A stretch of 64,000 bases of DNA from Smithellaceae bacterium (GCA_963667845.2 CAXXVL010000001.1:1-64000), one strand, 5' to 3'; shown: positions 50,542-61,403, counted from the stretch's first letter. Translations and numbers: made by a program. The notes: generated by a model from the sequence alone, not told the origin.

Positions 50542-53058
50542 TTATTGTTGATGCTCAATGACACTCCGCAGATGACCGGTCAGCGCCTCGACTGAGAGAA
50601 AATCCTGCGGATCGATCGGGCTGCCGACGATCAGTTCCAGCCTTTTTCCGCCCGTAAACCGGGGAAGAAGTTTTCCCCGAGGCATGATATCAAAAGAACC
50701 CCGCAGCGTGATGGGGATAATTTTCTTGTTCAGATGCAGGGCCAGATAGGCTGCACCGGATTTGAACTTTCCCAGTGAACCATCGCGCGTCCGCGTTCCC
50801 TCGGGGAAAATAATCAGCGACTGACCGCTCCGGAGAATGTCGGCGGCCGCCTTGAGCGCGGGGACGACATTGCCTGTTCGGTCCACAAAGAGCACCGGCA
50901 CACCGATAAATAGATAGCTCAGAAAGGAAACTTCTTTTTTCCCGATGAGGAAGACTTCGCAGCGTCGTGCCGGGGGAACCAGATTGAGCATTATGGGCGT
51001 ATCCAGGAGCGACTGGTGATTGGCGACGAGGATGACATTGTCGAGCGTCAGTCGCTCGCGGTGCACGATCCTGATTCGCCAGAAGAGCGTGAAAAGTGCG
51101 CGGAAGATCAGGAGGACGAGTTCATTTACCGGATTGAAGCAAGATGTTTTTTTGGTCGAAATCGGACTGCGGAGGATCAGATCGTCGAGATTCGCGCCGG
51201 CGCGTTCCTCGCAGCCCGCCAGATAGCGGACGAACTCCTCCATCGTCATGAGCGGATCGACCTTGTCCATATCGACGGAGATATTGAGACTCTCTTCGAG
51301 ATAAACAATCAGTTCGACAAACCCCAGGGAATCGATCTGGCGATCCGCGAGCGTCTCGTTGGCATAGAGGACCTTCGCACGAAATTTTGCCGTGAGCACG
51401 GCGATGATTTCTTCCTCGCGCACGCTGGTCGCCGCCAGAATATTGCGGGGGACGGCGGCACCCGCGGCATCCGTTTGGTAGACGCCCTGGTCCAGAAGCC
51501 TGATGACCTCATCGATCAGGACTTTGCGCGTCGAGTTCCGCGGCAGCGGGTCTGCCGATATCGCAAAACGACTGACCGTCTTATAAGTGGGCAGGTCCTT
51601 ATTCAAAGCCGCAAGTTCTTCCCGGATGCGCCCGTAGCTTGCCGCCCCTTTGGTTGCCGGGACAATCACCGCATAAACGGATTCGCGTCCCGCAATTTTC
51701 CGGCCGAAAACGGCGATTTCGCTGACCAGCTGCGATTTCCGGAAATAGAGTTCCAGCTCTTCCGGATAGACGTTTTTCCCCGAATCCAGCACGATGACAT
51801 TTTTCTCGCGGCCCGTGATATGGATATGCCCCCGCGGGTCCACGTAACCAAGGTCCCGGGTGTTAAAAAAACGCTCTCCGTCGAATGCCTGCCGGTTGGC
51901 CTCGTCATTTAAATAGTAGCCGGGCATCACGGCATCTCCCCGAAGCCAGATCTCCCCGATGCCGTCGGCGTTGACGTTCTTGATTTTCACATCATTGCCG
52001 TCGATGGGCGGGCCGACGGCGGAGGCGACGGCATCTTTGAAATAGGGAATGGCGATGGGTCCGGTCGTTTCGGTCAGCCCGTAGCCTTCCATGATATAGA
52101 AGCCCATGGTCCGGTAGCTGTTGAAGTACTCTTTTTTGAGCGGTGCGCCGCCGCTGATGAAGAACCGCATCCTGTGGCCGAAAACGTCATGCACCGGACG
52201 AAATATTTTTTGCAGCACGAAGCCCAGACCCAGGACCCGGAAAGCAGGTGCAGCCGCGAGGAAAAACATGAAGAGACGATACTTGGCTCCGGACTGCGCC
52301 CGGAGTTTGGTAATGAGCGCGTCGAAGAACAGCTCCCACATCTGAGGCGCTGCCGGAAAAATCGTGATGGGATGATCCGCCAGAGCTTTGATGATGTCGG
52401 GACCTTTCAGGGAATTCTGGAAAACGATGGAACTGCCGGTGACGAGCGGCGCCATGAACGTCGATTCGAATGCGTAGACATGATAGAGCGGCAGCATGGC
52501 CAGCGTCACATCTTCGGGCGTATATTCTTCCAGTTTGGTGCACGTCAACGCGACCGAAAGAATGTTGCGGTGGCTGAGCGCGACGATTTTCGGATGGCCC
52601 GTGGTGCCCGACGTGAAAAGCAGTGTGGCGATATCGTCGAGCGTGACCGTTTCCGATTTCAATATGCCGTCCGGGACGGCCGGTAACACGTCGTCAATGT
52701 CGAAAACGGCGATGTCCTGAAAGACAGAGCGAAAATGACTGGAAACAAAAGCCGCCCGGGCGCCGGCGGCAACCGCCATCTCGCGGTATTGTGCGGGCGG
52801 GAGGTTGGTATCCAGCGGAAGCGCAACAGCTCCGATCGCCGTAACGGCCATGAATGTACAGCACCATTCGGGGGAATTGACCGCCAGAAGGATGATCACG
52901 TCGCCTTTGGCAAAGCCCCGGTCCTGAAGCAGCGATGCCGCAGCCTTTGCTTTCTCCCAGGTTTCGTGAAACGTGATATGCTGATTAACAAACAGAATAC
53001 GGTCCGCATGGCGCAAGGCGAGCGTCTCATAAGCTGTCAGAAGATTTTCAAATTCCAT
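50542..53058 (-). CDS. Acyl-CoA/ACP synthetase - carrier domain - lysophospholipid acyltransferase fusion (Aas-like)
   Basis: FTSGTTGHPK; EGYGLTE; carrier 'IDSLGFVEL'; PlsC 'NHQSLLD', 'FPEGTRT'. Start may extend to 53088. Confidence 0.88.
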   Translation of the reverse strand: MEFENLLTAYETLALRHADRILFVNQHITFHETWEKAKAAASLLQDRGFAKGDVIILLAVNSPEWCCTFMAVTAIGAVALPLDTNLPPAQYREMAVAAGARAAFVSSHFRSVFQDIAVFDIDDVLPAVPDGILKSETVTLDDIATLLFTSGTTGHPKIVALSHRNILSVALTCTKLEEYTPEDVTLAMLPLYHVYAFESTFMAPLVTGSSIVFQNSLKGPDIIKALADHPITIFPAAPQMWELFFDALITKLRAQSGAKYRLFMFFLAAAPAFRVLGLGFVLQKIFRPVHDVFGHRMRFFISGGAPLKKEYFNSYRTMGFYIMEGYGLTETTGPIAIPYFKDAVASAVGPPIDGNDVKIKNVNADGIGEIWLRGDAVMPGYYLNDEANRQAFDGERFFNTRDLGYVDPRGHIHITGREKNVIVLDSGKNVYPEELELYFRKSQLVSEIAVFGRKIAGRESVYAVIVPATKGAASYGRIREELAALNKDLPTYKTVSRFAISADPLPRNSTRKVLIDEVIRLLDQGVYQTDAAGAAVPRNILAATSVREEEIIAVLTAKFRAKVLYANETLADRQIDSLGFVELIVYLEESLNISVDMDKVDPLMTMEEFVRYLAGCEERAGANLDDLILRSPISTKKTSCFNPVNELVLLIFRALFTLFWRIRIVHRERLTLDNVILVANHQSLLDTPIMLNLVPPARRCEVFLIGKKEVSFLSYLFIGVPVLFVDRTGNVVPALKAAADILRSGQSLIIFPEGTRTRDGSLGKFKSGAAYLALHLNKKIIPITLRGSFDIMPRGKLLPRFTGGKRLELIVGSPIDPQDFLSVEALTGHLRSVIEHQQ

Positions 53059-53109
53059 GGAACTTCCCTGTATGTTGAGGATTGACATTACGGTTTATGA
53101 AAAGCGCTG

Positions 53110-53293
53110 CAGCAAAGCGGGATGCCCCGATGCGCAATCCTGAGCCGCCTGCGGCCGGGTCTGAAATCAGTTTTATCCGGCTCGCTGTGACCCTTCCTGC
53201 GGCATCAGACACACCGTCGCAGGTTGCCGACCGGACAAACCGGTTCCTCAGTGTCCTGTTTGTGAAGCAGGCGGTCTCAAAAAGAAGACTCAT
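53110..53293 (-). pseudogene. N-terminal remnant of an NADH:flavin oxidoreductase (OYE family)
   Basis: 'MSLLFET..TLRNRFVRSATCDGVSD..GRVT..AAGGSGL'; truncated. Confidence 0.7.
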
Positions 53294-56200
53294 GGACTGA
53301 CCTTTGTTCGGGAGATGAGCAAACTGGCTTTTGCAGCCATATCCCCAAGGCTGAACGGTTTCTGGATAAACTGCATGCCTTCTTCCAGGATTCCGTGCCG
53401 GGCGATGATATTGGAAGGATAGCCCGACATGAAGAGAACTTTCAGGTCCGGACGGGTCGCCAGAAGTCTGTCGCGCAGTTCTCTGCCGCTCATGAAGGGC
53501 ATCACCACATCGGTGATGACCAGGTCCAGGGGCATTTTTTCTTTCTCACACTGCGCGAGCGCCTCCAGAGGGTTTCCCGATGCTATCACCCGGTAGCCCA
53601 GGGTCGTGAGCATGCCGGTGACCAATTTGAGAACCATTGGATTATCCTCGACCAGCAGAATGTTTCCGGACCCGGGCGTTGCGGCCGGTTTGGGAGGCAC
53701 GTCCATGATGAGGTCTGCGTCGGCGCTGCTGGGAAGGTAAATTTTAAATGTGCTTCCCCGGTCCGGTTCGCTGTATACATTAATGCTGCCGTTGTTCTGC
53801 CTGACGATGCCGTAAACGGTGGCGAGCCCCAGCCCCGTGCCTTTGCCGATATCCTTGGTCGTGAAAAACGGTTCAAAGATATAGGGGAGGTGAGCCTTTG
53901 CAATGCCGGAGCCCGTGTCGCTCACCGTCAGGAGCACATAGGGGCCCGGGGGCAGTTCCAGATGGGACGCGTAATAGCCTTCATCGATGACGACATTGGC
54001 GGTTTCAAGGATGAGGTTGCCGCCGTCAGGCATTGCGTCTCGTGCATTAACCGCCAGGTTGATCAGGATTTGCTCGGCTTGCACCGGATCGAATTTAATG
54101 GTCCAAAGATTGTTGCCGGGGTAAAATGTAAGGTTAATGTTTTCGGTCATGAGGCGAAGAATGGTGCTTTCGGTTGCCGCGATAAGATTGTTCAGATCGA
54201 CCGGCTGCGGCTTGATGATCTGCTTACGGGAAAAAGCAAGAAGCTGCTGTGTCAGATCCCGGGAGCGGCAGGCGGCTTTTTCGATTTCCAGAACGTCTTC
54301 AGCGATGCAATGATCGGCAGGCAGCTTGAGTTTGATCAAGTCCAAGTATCCCAGAATGACATTCAGCATATTATTGAAATCATGCGCCACGCCGCCGGCC
54401 AGCCGGCCTACCGTTTCCATCTTCTGAGACTGGATGAGTTGTTTTTCCAGCGTCTCTTTTTCCACTTCGGCTCTCTTGCGTTCAGAAATATTTCTGCCCG
54501 CCATCAGAAGGCCCGTCGGCTTTCCGGATTCGTCCCGGGTGAAGTTCGCGGTCATTTCCAGCCAGATGATCGAGCCGTCTTTGCGGTAAAATTCCATTTC
54601 GATGGTCCGGGAGCGGTTGGGATCGACCGGTTCGCCGCTGGATTCTTTTTCCAGCTCTTCAGTCAGCATGGCGACTCCGCGGGTGTAGGATTCCGGGGTA
54701 ACCTGCTGCTCGGCAGGAATCTTCATGATTTCTTCGGGCGTATACCCCGTAACGCGTATTTCTGAAGGGCTCTGATAGAGGTAATTCAGATTGAGATCCA
54801 GTACGGTGATCGTCTCGTTCATGTTCTCCACGATCATCCGGTAGCGTTTTTCGCTTTCTTCCAGGGCCAGTTCGGCTTTCTTCCGCGCGGTGATGTCCCG
54901 GGCGGTCGCGATAATCTCACGGGGAACGCCGTGATCGTCCCGCCCGAATGTTGCGTTAATTTCCAGCCACGCCATACTGCCGTTCTTGTGGTTGACTTCG
55001 ATTTCGATCGTCACGGGTTGCCACGCCCCTGTAGGGGGAGGCGCCATACGGTGCGTCATGGCCTCGGTTAATTCACGCGAGATCACCTCGATCGACTGCG
55101 GCGGCAGCAATTTGTCCAACGGGATTTTCATGATTTCTTCCGGTGTGTAACCCGTCAGGCGCGCCCGGTGGTTGCTGGCGAAGATAAACCGGAAATTGAA
55201 ATCGACCACGAACACCACATCGTGGACATTTTCGACGATTATCCGGTAGAGCTTATCGGTTGATCGGAAGGCGTCTTCGGCTTTCTTGCGGTCGGTGATG
55301 TCCCGCGCGACACCCAGGACTTCAAACGGAACACCCTGCTCATCGCAGTTAAAGTCAGGTTGAACCTCCATCCAGCGTCTTTCACCGTCTTTGCGGATGA
55401 TTTCCAGCTCCAGGAGCCTGTGGTCGCCGGTCACCCGGTTATGGCCCGCGGACAGCCGTTCCAACTCTTCAGCGTACGCTCGCTCAACGAGTATCCGGGA
55501 ATCGTCCGTCAGATAATCGGCAAAGGACAGGTGCATGAGCTCTTCGGGGGTGTACCCGACCATGGCCGTCACCGACGGGCTGACGTAAGTATAGTGCGTG
55601 TTGAAATCCATCGTCCAGAGGACATCTCGGATATTTTCGGTAATCAGGCGCAAATGGCGCTCGGCTTGTTTGCGCTGGCTGATGTCGCGGACGACACCGC
55701 GGAAGCCCTTCGGTTGACCGTTTTCATCGCGCAGGAGCGCGATGGAAGATTCAACATCCAGCGCTCCGCCGTTCCTTTTGTTGATTTTCCAATCAAAGCC
55801 CTGGACCGTTTCACCGGTAAGGTACACGGTATGGAATATTTTAAAGATTTTATCGGCGTTGTGTTCATCAACCAACTTCCGGAAATTCATCCGGCTGATT
55901 TCTTCCGGCGTATAATTCAGAAGACGGACCCCGGCATCATTGAAGAACAGTAGATTGCCCTGCAGGTCAACTTCGAAATAGGATTCTTCGATGCTGTCGA
56001 GAATATTCCGATAGCGCTCTTCGCTTAGCCGCAGTTCCTGCTCCGCTTTCTTTTTCTTGGTGATATCGCGGACGACGCCGTGAAATCCGGCAGGCCGGCC
56101 GTGTTCATCGCGAAGCAGTGCGACGGAGGATTCGACATCCATTGTTTTTCCGTCTTTTGTGATGAGCTGCCATTCGAAACTTTGCACAGCCTTGCCGGTC

Positions 56201-56619
56201 CGCAGAATATCGCGGCCGATGCCGTACAGCTTTTCTTTGTTTTCTTTGTCCAAAAGCTTCCGGAAATTCATGCCGGAAATCTCTTTGCGGGTATACCCCA
56301 ATTTCTTCATCAGCCGGTCATTGAAGAAACGGATATTTCCCTGCATATCCAGCTCAAAATACGATTCCTGCATCCTTTCCAGCAGGTTTTGAAACCGAAC
56401 TTCGCCTTTGCCTGATGCGGCGTCCGATTTCTTTCCTATTGCCGGAGACGGGGAAGGTTGACTTTGCTTTTTTAGAAGTTTGTTGATGGTCCCCGCCAGA
56501 CGATCCAGTTCATCTTTCTTGGGGGAGACTTCGATTGCGACGGTGCTCTTGCCCGCCAACGCATTCCGAAGTGCGCCGGTCATCGTTTTAATGCGATTCT
56601 TTTCCGAATACGTTGCCAT
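53290..56619 (-). CDS. Cytoplasmic hybrid sensor kinase (5 PAS, HisKA, HATPase, REC)
   Basis: H-box GVAHDFNNML; GKGTGLGL; C-terminal receiver; start placed at MATYSE. Confidence 0.93.
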   Translation of the reverse strand: MATYSEKNRIKTMTGALRNALAGKSTVAIEVSPKKDELDRLAGTINKLLKKQSQPSPSPAIGKKSDAASGKGEVRFQNLLERMQESYFELDMQGNIRFFNDRLMKKLGYTRKEISGMNFRKLLDKENKEKLYGIGRDILRTGKAVQSFEWQLITKDGKTMDVESSVALLRDEHGRPAGFHGVVRDITKKKKAEQELRLSEERYRNILDSIEESYFEVDLQGNLLFFNDAGVRLLNYTPEEISRMNFRKLVDEHNADKIFKIFHTVYLTGETVQGFDWKINKRNGGALDVESSIALLRDENGQPKGFRGVVRDISQRKQAERHLRLITENIRDVLWTMDFNTHYTYVSPSVTAMVGYTPEELMHLSFADYLTDDSRILVERAYAEELERLSAGHNRVTGDHRLLELEIIRKDGERRWMEVQPDFNCDEQGVPFEVLGVARDITDRKKAEDAFRSTDKLYRIIVENVHDVVFVVDFNFRFIFASNHRARLTGYTPEEIMKIPLDKLLPPQSIEVISRELTEAMTHRMAPPPTGAWQPVTIEIEVNHKNGSMAWLEINATFGRDDHGVPREIIATARDITARKKAELALEESEKRYRMIVENMNETITVLDLNLNYLYQSPSEIRVTGYTPEEIMKIPAEQQVTPESYTRGVAMLTEELEKESSGEPVDPNRSRTIEMEFYRKDGSIIWLEMTANFTRDESGKPTGLLMAGRNISERKRAEVEKETLEKQLIQSQKMETVGRLAGGVAHDFNNMLNVILGYLDLIKLKLPADHCIAEDVLEIEKAACRSRDLTQQLLAFSRKQIIKPQPVDLNNLIAATESTILRLMTENINLTFYPGNNLWTIKFDPVQAEQILINLAVNARDAMPDGGNLILETANVVIDEGYYASHLELPPGPYVLLTVSDTGSGIAKAHLPYIFEPFFTTKDIGKGTGLGLATVYGIVRQNNGSINVYSEPDRGSTFKIYLPSSADADLIMDVPPKPAATPGSGNILLVEDNPMVLKLVTGMLTTLGYRVIASGNPLEALAQCEKEKMPLDLVITDVVMPFMSGRELRDRLLATRPDLKVLFMSGYPSNIIARHGILEEGMQFIQKPFSLGDMAAKASLLISRTKVSP

Positions 56620-56820
56620 AATGTTTCGTCGCCGCTTAGGAAAATGTTTTGCGTTTCGGGGGCAACCGTTGTGCCTTTGTGTGTGCCTGAATAAACTGAA
56701 TATAGTGCACTTTATATAGACGGATAGCTGTTGTGTGTCAAGTGTATTCGTTTGTGCCGGATGCATGCCATCCCGATGGATGGCCTTTCCGAACGAACAT
56801 GACTTTTTACGAATAGGCTA

Positions 56821-56849
56821 TTGACAAGATCTCCGGATATTCTTATACA
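56821..56849 (+). promoter_or_regulatory. Putative sigma70 promoter for the acyltransferase
   Basis: TTGACA, 17 nt, TATACA. Confidence 0.55.
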
Positions 56850-56903
56850 CCGTTTCACCTGATAAAATCCACAGACAGGGAACAGGATAGGAAAGTAATA
56901 TTT

Positions 56904-57653
56904 ATGCTAAGCCGCTTAGTTGGTTATCTCTTTCTCGTTATTGTGAGCGTAACGTCCATTCCGCTTTTTTTAATTGCCGTCCTTCTGCGCGCGTTTTCTT
57001 ACCCCTTTGACCGCCGGCTGCGGCTTTTGCATTTGTTCACCTGTTTCTGGGCCTCGCTTTACACGTGGATGATGCCCCCCTGGCGGATACGCATCGAGGG
57101 TCGCGAGCATGTCCGGAAAAACGTAGCCTACATGGTCGTTTCCAATCACCAATCGCAACTCGACATCCTGGTCGCCTTTCGTCTCTTTTTTCACTTCAAG
57201 TGGGTATCCAAAATTGAGATGTTCCGCATACCGCTCATCGGCTGGAACATGAGCCTCAACCGTTACGTCAGATTGAAACGGGGCGACAAGGAGAGTGTTG
57301 AGCAGATGCTCTCCGAATGTGAAACCCATCTTGACGAGGGAAGCTCGATCTTCATGTTTCCGGAAGGCACCCGGTCTCCCGACGGCGAGGTAAAAGCTTT
57401 CAAACTCGGCGCCTTTCAGCTCGCTCAGAGGAAGAAGGTACCCATTCTTCCCATCGTGATCAGCGGCACCAATAAGGCCTTGCCCAAATACAGTTTGAAT
57501 TTTACCGGGTCGCAGAAAATCTATATCAGGATATTTGAGGAAATCCCGTATTCGGCGTTTGCAACGTTGTCGGCGGAAGAGACGGCGCAGATGGTGCGGC
57601 AGTTTATTATCGGGAAGCTGAGGATAATGAACGAATACACCCTGGGTGGGTAA
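56904..57653 (+). CDS. plsC: 1-acyl-sn-glycerol-3-phosphate acyltransferase family protein
   Basis: NHQSQLD; FPEGTRS. Confidence 0.85.
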   Translation: MLSRLVGYLFLVIVSVTSIPLFLIAVLLRAFSYPFDRRLRLLHLFTCFWASLYTWMMPPWRIRIEGREHVRKNVAYMVVSNHQSQLDILVAFRLFFHFKWVSKIEMFRIPLIGWNMSLNRYVRLKRGDKESVEQMLSECETHLDEGSSIFMFPEGTRSPDGEVKAFKLGAFQLAQRKKVPILPIVISGTNKALPKYSLNFTGSQKIYIRIFEEIPYSAFATLSAEETAQMVRQFIIGKLRIMNEYTLGG

Positions 57654-57837
57654 GGGCTGTTGACGGGGGGCGCGTTTCCGTTAGGAAGGCGCTGCACGCA
57701 GCTGCGGCGTTATACTGCGAACCGTGCCGATCAACGTATATTCATACGCGTAACCTTCAGGTTATACGCTCGCGGCCCGCTTCTTGTGCGCCTTGCCTCT
57801 AAGCATTCGCGCGCCCGTCAGGGTATTTGAACAGCCC
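57654..57837. repeat. ~185-bp MITE/REP-like palindromic element
   Basis: Terminal IR GGGCTGTT..AACAGCCC; inner IR TGACGGG/CCCGTCA and GCGCG/CGCGC; central TAACCT-TC-AGGTTA. Confidence 0.6.
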
Positions 57838-57867
57838 CCAAACATGTGGTTCTAAATCAGTCGGGAT

Positions 57868-58986
57868 TTAAGTTTTGAGCAGCGCGGCGCCGATCTTTTC
57901 CTGGCGGATCTGCATCAATCTTTTTTTCAGCGTCAAAATCGATTCCAGATCCCGAAGCACATAAACGTATTTGTCCGGAAGCGAGATGCTTCGGGTGTCG
58001 ATGATTTTTCTGATGCCGGCCTGAAATTCAGCGGCCAGGCGGGCAAAGGTTATCATCAGCGGACTTGGGGAGTCATAGCCCCGATCGAGCCTGCCGGCTG
58101 ATTCGGAGGCAATGATGCGCAAGGTCTGCAGCAAAGCGCTGGCGGCTCCCAGCTCGCTTGACAAGGCTGCATCAGGTTCGGGGCTCCTCTCCCTGAGGAC
58201 GGCGGTGAGCCCGGTTAATACGGCAGACATACCGCCCAGAGCCGGACCCGCCATGACAATGTCCTCAATTTCTCCAAAGGGCACAACGAGGTCTCTCCAG
58301 GCGTTTCCTTCCTTTCCCAGAACCGCTTCTTGCCCCACCCGACAATTCGTAAGTTTGATGCCGCCGTGCGGGGAGGGTTTCAGGAAATGCATGGGCAACG
58401 GCTCGGCAACGGTGACCCCTTCGGCCGTCCGCGGCACCATAAAGGCCGTAAAACGCTTTAGCGGCGGTTGATGATCGGTTACGGCGACGACAATAAACAC
58501 TCCGGCAATGGGTCCGTTGGTCAGATAGGTTTTCTCACCGGTTAACGCATAACCGTTATCCCGCCTACGGGCTTCGGTCGTCAATAATTTGGGTCGCGCA
58601 CCGTGTCCCGGTTCGGAAACGGCAAAAGACAGGGTGACCTTTCCCGTTGCCGCCGCCGGTAAATAGTGCTCACGCTGTTCGTGCGTGCCGAAGACACCAA
58701 TTACATAGTGGGCAATGATCTGCTGGTAGAGCCAGGAAACGGCCAGTCCCAGGTTATATCCGCTCTGGACAAAGGCCTCTCCCGCTTTTAAGAGGTCGGC
58801 ATACCCGCCTTCCGTCCCGCCATAAATTCCGGCAATGCCGATTCTGAATAAGCCGGCCTCGCCCATTTTCCGCCACAGGTCCAGGGGAAATTCTTCTCCC
58901 GTCTGCAAATCCGCCCTGCAGGCAATATGCCCGGCGGCAAAAGCCGCGGCCTGTTCCAGCGGGTTGATCTTTATTTTCTGTTTCAT
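57868..58986 (-). CDS. Acyl-CoA dehydrogenase family protein
   Basis: FPLDLWRKMGEAGL; FAVSEPG; LTGEKTYLTNG. Confidence 0.88.
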   Translation of the reverse strand: MKQKIKINPLEQAAAFAAGHIACRADLQTGEEFPLDLWRKMGEAGLFRIGIAGIYGGTEGGYADLLKAGEAFVQSGYNLGLAVSWLYQQIIAHYVIGVFGTHEQREHYLPAAATGKVTLSFAVSEPGHGARPKLLTTEARRRDNGYALTGEKTYLTNGPIAGVFIVVAVTDHQPPLKRFTAFMVPRTAEGVTVAEPLPMHFLKPSPHGGIKLTNCRVGQEAVLGKEGNAWRDLVVPFGEIEDIVMAGPALGGMSAVLTGLTAVLRERSPEPDAALSSELGAASALLQTLRIIASESAGRLDRGYDSPSPLMITFARLAAEFQAGIRKIIDTRSISLPDKYVYVLRDLESILTLKKRLMQIRQEKIGAALLKT

Positions 58987-59073
58987 TGATTTTTCCTTAG
59001 TGCCGTGCCACCCGTCAGGGTGGTGACCTCCCGTCGCGCCGCCGTGCAGCGCGGTGACTTTAAGCGGCCCCGG

Positions 59074-60459
59074 CTATAGAACCAGTTCCTCGATGAAGGC
59101 CATGAGTTGGTTGACGTTCCGGCAGGGGCGGATTTCATGGCAGTGATGTGTGTAGGCCCTGATCTCGCTGTCTCCTGTGCCCCAGAGATTTTCCGGCTCG
59201 GGGTTGAGCCAGATGACCCGGCGGCAGCGGTCCCGCATCTGGCTTAAAATCATATCTTCGGGATTCAGATAATTGGAGCGGCCGTCGCCGACGATGATGA
59301 GCGTTGTCTTCTTCGTCAAGAGTTCCATGTGGTTTCTTTTGAAGTTGCGGAAGGTTTCTCCGTAATCCGTCGGCGCCTGATATTGAACATTTGCCTCCTG
59401 CATGACGATACGGATCGCTTCGTTGATATCGTTGACGTCGAAGATTTGTGTGACGTCGGTTAACTGATCGATGAAGACAAAGCTGTTGACCTTGTCAAAG
59501 CAGTCCTGAAGGGAGTAAAGCAGGTTCAGCATGAAGCGGGCCGCCGCCCAGACGGAGCCGGACACGTCGCACAGCGTCACGATCCTGCTTTTGCGCATGG
59601 TTTTCCGCCGGTACTTGATATCCAGCGGCACCCCGTTGTATTTCGCCGACGCCCGGAGCGTTTTCTTGACGTCGAGATTGCCCCGGTCGCGCACGGCGAA
59701 GCGGCGGCTGACGATGTTCTTTAACTTGCGCACCAGTTTATCAATCGCGTCGCGCATTTCTTCTATTTCTCCGGGGGTGAAGGACGAGAAATTTTTCTCG
59801 CCCAGATCCTTCAGCTTCTGTTCATACGTTTTGACTTTTTTGGTGCCGGCGTCGCCCGGCCGGGGTTCATACATCAGAATGGAACGCGCGGCCTGCAGTC
59901 GTTCGTCGAAATGTACGGCAAGATCACGGCGGGCCCGTGCATCCATTTTTAATCCGTCGCTTTCCATAAGCGCCGAGGCGGCGGCTGCCGCGGCGGTAAT
60001 CTGCATGAGGACATTGAAACGGCTGGCCAGCGGCCCGAAATTAAAGCGGGCAAGCGATGACGGATCATCCGATTCCGTGTGGATCCGGCGCATCTCGGCA
60101 AGAAGAGGCACAGCGTTGCCCGCCAGGAAGTCCACAACGGCGTCAAAGACCGGGTTGTCGTGAGGGGTTTCCCTAAGCAGCGTTGTCGCCTTCCGGATCT
60201 CATCCATCTGGCTTGCCGCGCGCTGCATATCGCCGGCGTCAACGCGCATCTCGTGAAAAAAGAGATGGTAGAGGCGGTTGAAGTGCTGCAGGTCTCTCAG
60301 GCTCTTGGCAAAGTTGGCGGCGAGGAGCGCCCGGAACTGCACTTCATCGGTCGGGTTGATCAATTTGAGCTGGTTGAGGCCGTCGAGGACTTCGGATGTG
60401 GAGATGCGCAGCCCCGCGGCCCGGCAGCAGGAAACGAACTGTTGAATCAGCTTGACCAT
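59074..60459 (-). CDS. VWA-domain protein (CoxE-like)
   Basis: MIDAS DVSGS; TDYG; GDGRSN; WLNPEP. Confidence 0.9.
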   Translation of the reverse strand: MVKLIQQFVSCCRAAGLRISTSEVLDGLNQLKLINPTDEVQFRALLAANFAKSLRDLQHFNRLYHLFFHEMRVDAGDMQRAASQMDEIRKATTLLRETPHDNPVFDAVVDFLAGNAVPLLAEMRRIHTESDDPSSLARFNFGPLASRFNVLMQITAAAAAASALMESDGLKMDARARRDLAVHFDERLQAARSILMYEPRPGDAGTKKVKTYEQKLKDLGEKNFSSFTPGEIEEMRDAIDKLVRKLKNIVSRRFAVRDRGNLDVKKTLRASAKYNGVPLDIKYRRKTMRKSRIVTLCDVSGSVWAAARFMLNLLYSLQDCFDKVNSFVFIDQLTDVTQIFDVNDINEAIRIVMQEANVQYQAPTDYGETFRNFKRNHMELLTKKTTLIIVGDGRSNYLNPEDMILSQMRDRCRRVIWLNPEPENLWGTGDSEIRAYTHHCHEIRPCRNVNQLMAFIEELVL

Positions 60460-60491
60460 AGATCACCGGAAAACGGGTTTCAGGGGAAGGA

Positions 60492-61403
60492 TCATCGGGG
60501 CATGACCCGGTCCAGGTTCTTGCGTACTTTTTCCAGATCCATCTGGTATTTGCAGATGACGTTGAGCGTTTCGGAGATCACTTCGGGCGAGAGCTCATGG
60601 ATCTGCAACGCCAGAAGCGATTGCGCCCAGTCGAGCGTCTCCGAAATGCTGGGACTTTTTTTCAAATCGAGCGTCCGGATCTTGCGGATGGCGTCCACCA
60701 GAACGGAGCAGAGCTTTTCCTCAATGGCGGGAATCTTGAGCCTCACGATGGCGATCTCCGTGTCGCGCGCCGGATAATCGATGTACAGATGAACGCAGCG
60801 GCGCTTGAGGGCATCGCTCATGTCGCGGTAATTGTTGGATGTCAAAAGAACAAAGGGAATGTTGACGGCCTTGCGTGTTCCCAGCTCGGGGATGGACACC
60901 TGAAAGTCGGAGAGCAGTTCGAGGAGGAAGGCTTCAAATTCGGGGTCGGATTTATCGACTTCGTCGAGCAGCAGAACCACGGGCTTCTCCGAGCTGATGG
61001 CCTGCAGAAGCGGCCGCGGCTGGATAAAGCGGTCGGAGAAAAAAGCATCCTCCTGCGCGGCGATCTGGTCCACTGCTTCGGTTAGTGTGCCTGTGGAGCA
61101 AATGATGTCGTTGATGCGGTCCTTGACCATCTGCGTGTATAGGAGTTGCTTGGCGTATTCCCATTCATAGAGCGCCTTGGCTTCATCCAGGCCTTCATAG
61201 CACTGGAGACGGATCAATTCGCGATCGAGGCTGCGGGAGACTGCTTTGGCGAGCTCAGTTTTGCCGACACCTGCCGGCCCCTCAATCAGGACAGGCTTCT
61301 GTGTCGCCTGAGCCAGGAAAATGACTGTAGCGATTTCCCTCGACGGAATATAGTCCGCCTGCTCCAGTCTTTGTTGAACATCATTAACACTTTTGTATTC
61401 CAT
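60492..61403 (-). CDS. MoxR-family AAA+ ATPase (CoxD-like)
   Basis: EGPAGVGKT; RLQCYEGLD; LLDEVDK; DALKRRC. Confidence 0.93.
   Translation of the reverse strand: MEYKSVNDVQQRLEQADYIPSREIATVIFLAQATQKPVLIEGPAGVGKTELAKAVSRSLDRELIRLQCYEGLDEAKALYEWEYAKQLLYTQMVKDRINDIICSTGTLTEAVDQIAAQEDAFFSDRFIQPRPLLQAISSEKPVVLLLDEVDKSDPEFEAFLLELLSDFQVSIPELGTRKAVNIPFVLLTSNNYRDMSDALKRRCVHLYIDYPARDTEIAIVRLKIPAIEEKLCSVLVDAIRKIRTLDLKKSPSISETLDWAQSLLALQIHELSPEVISETLNVICKYQMDLEKVRKNLDRVMPR

Noticed and set aside
44407..54765. Long plus-strand ORFs such as 44407-45543, 51016-51912 and 53395-54765
   Set aside because: Antisense shadows of well-supported minus-strand genes.
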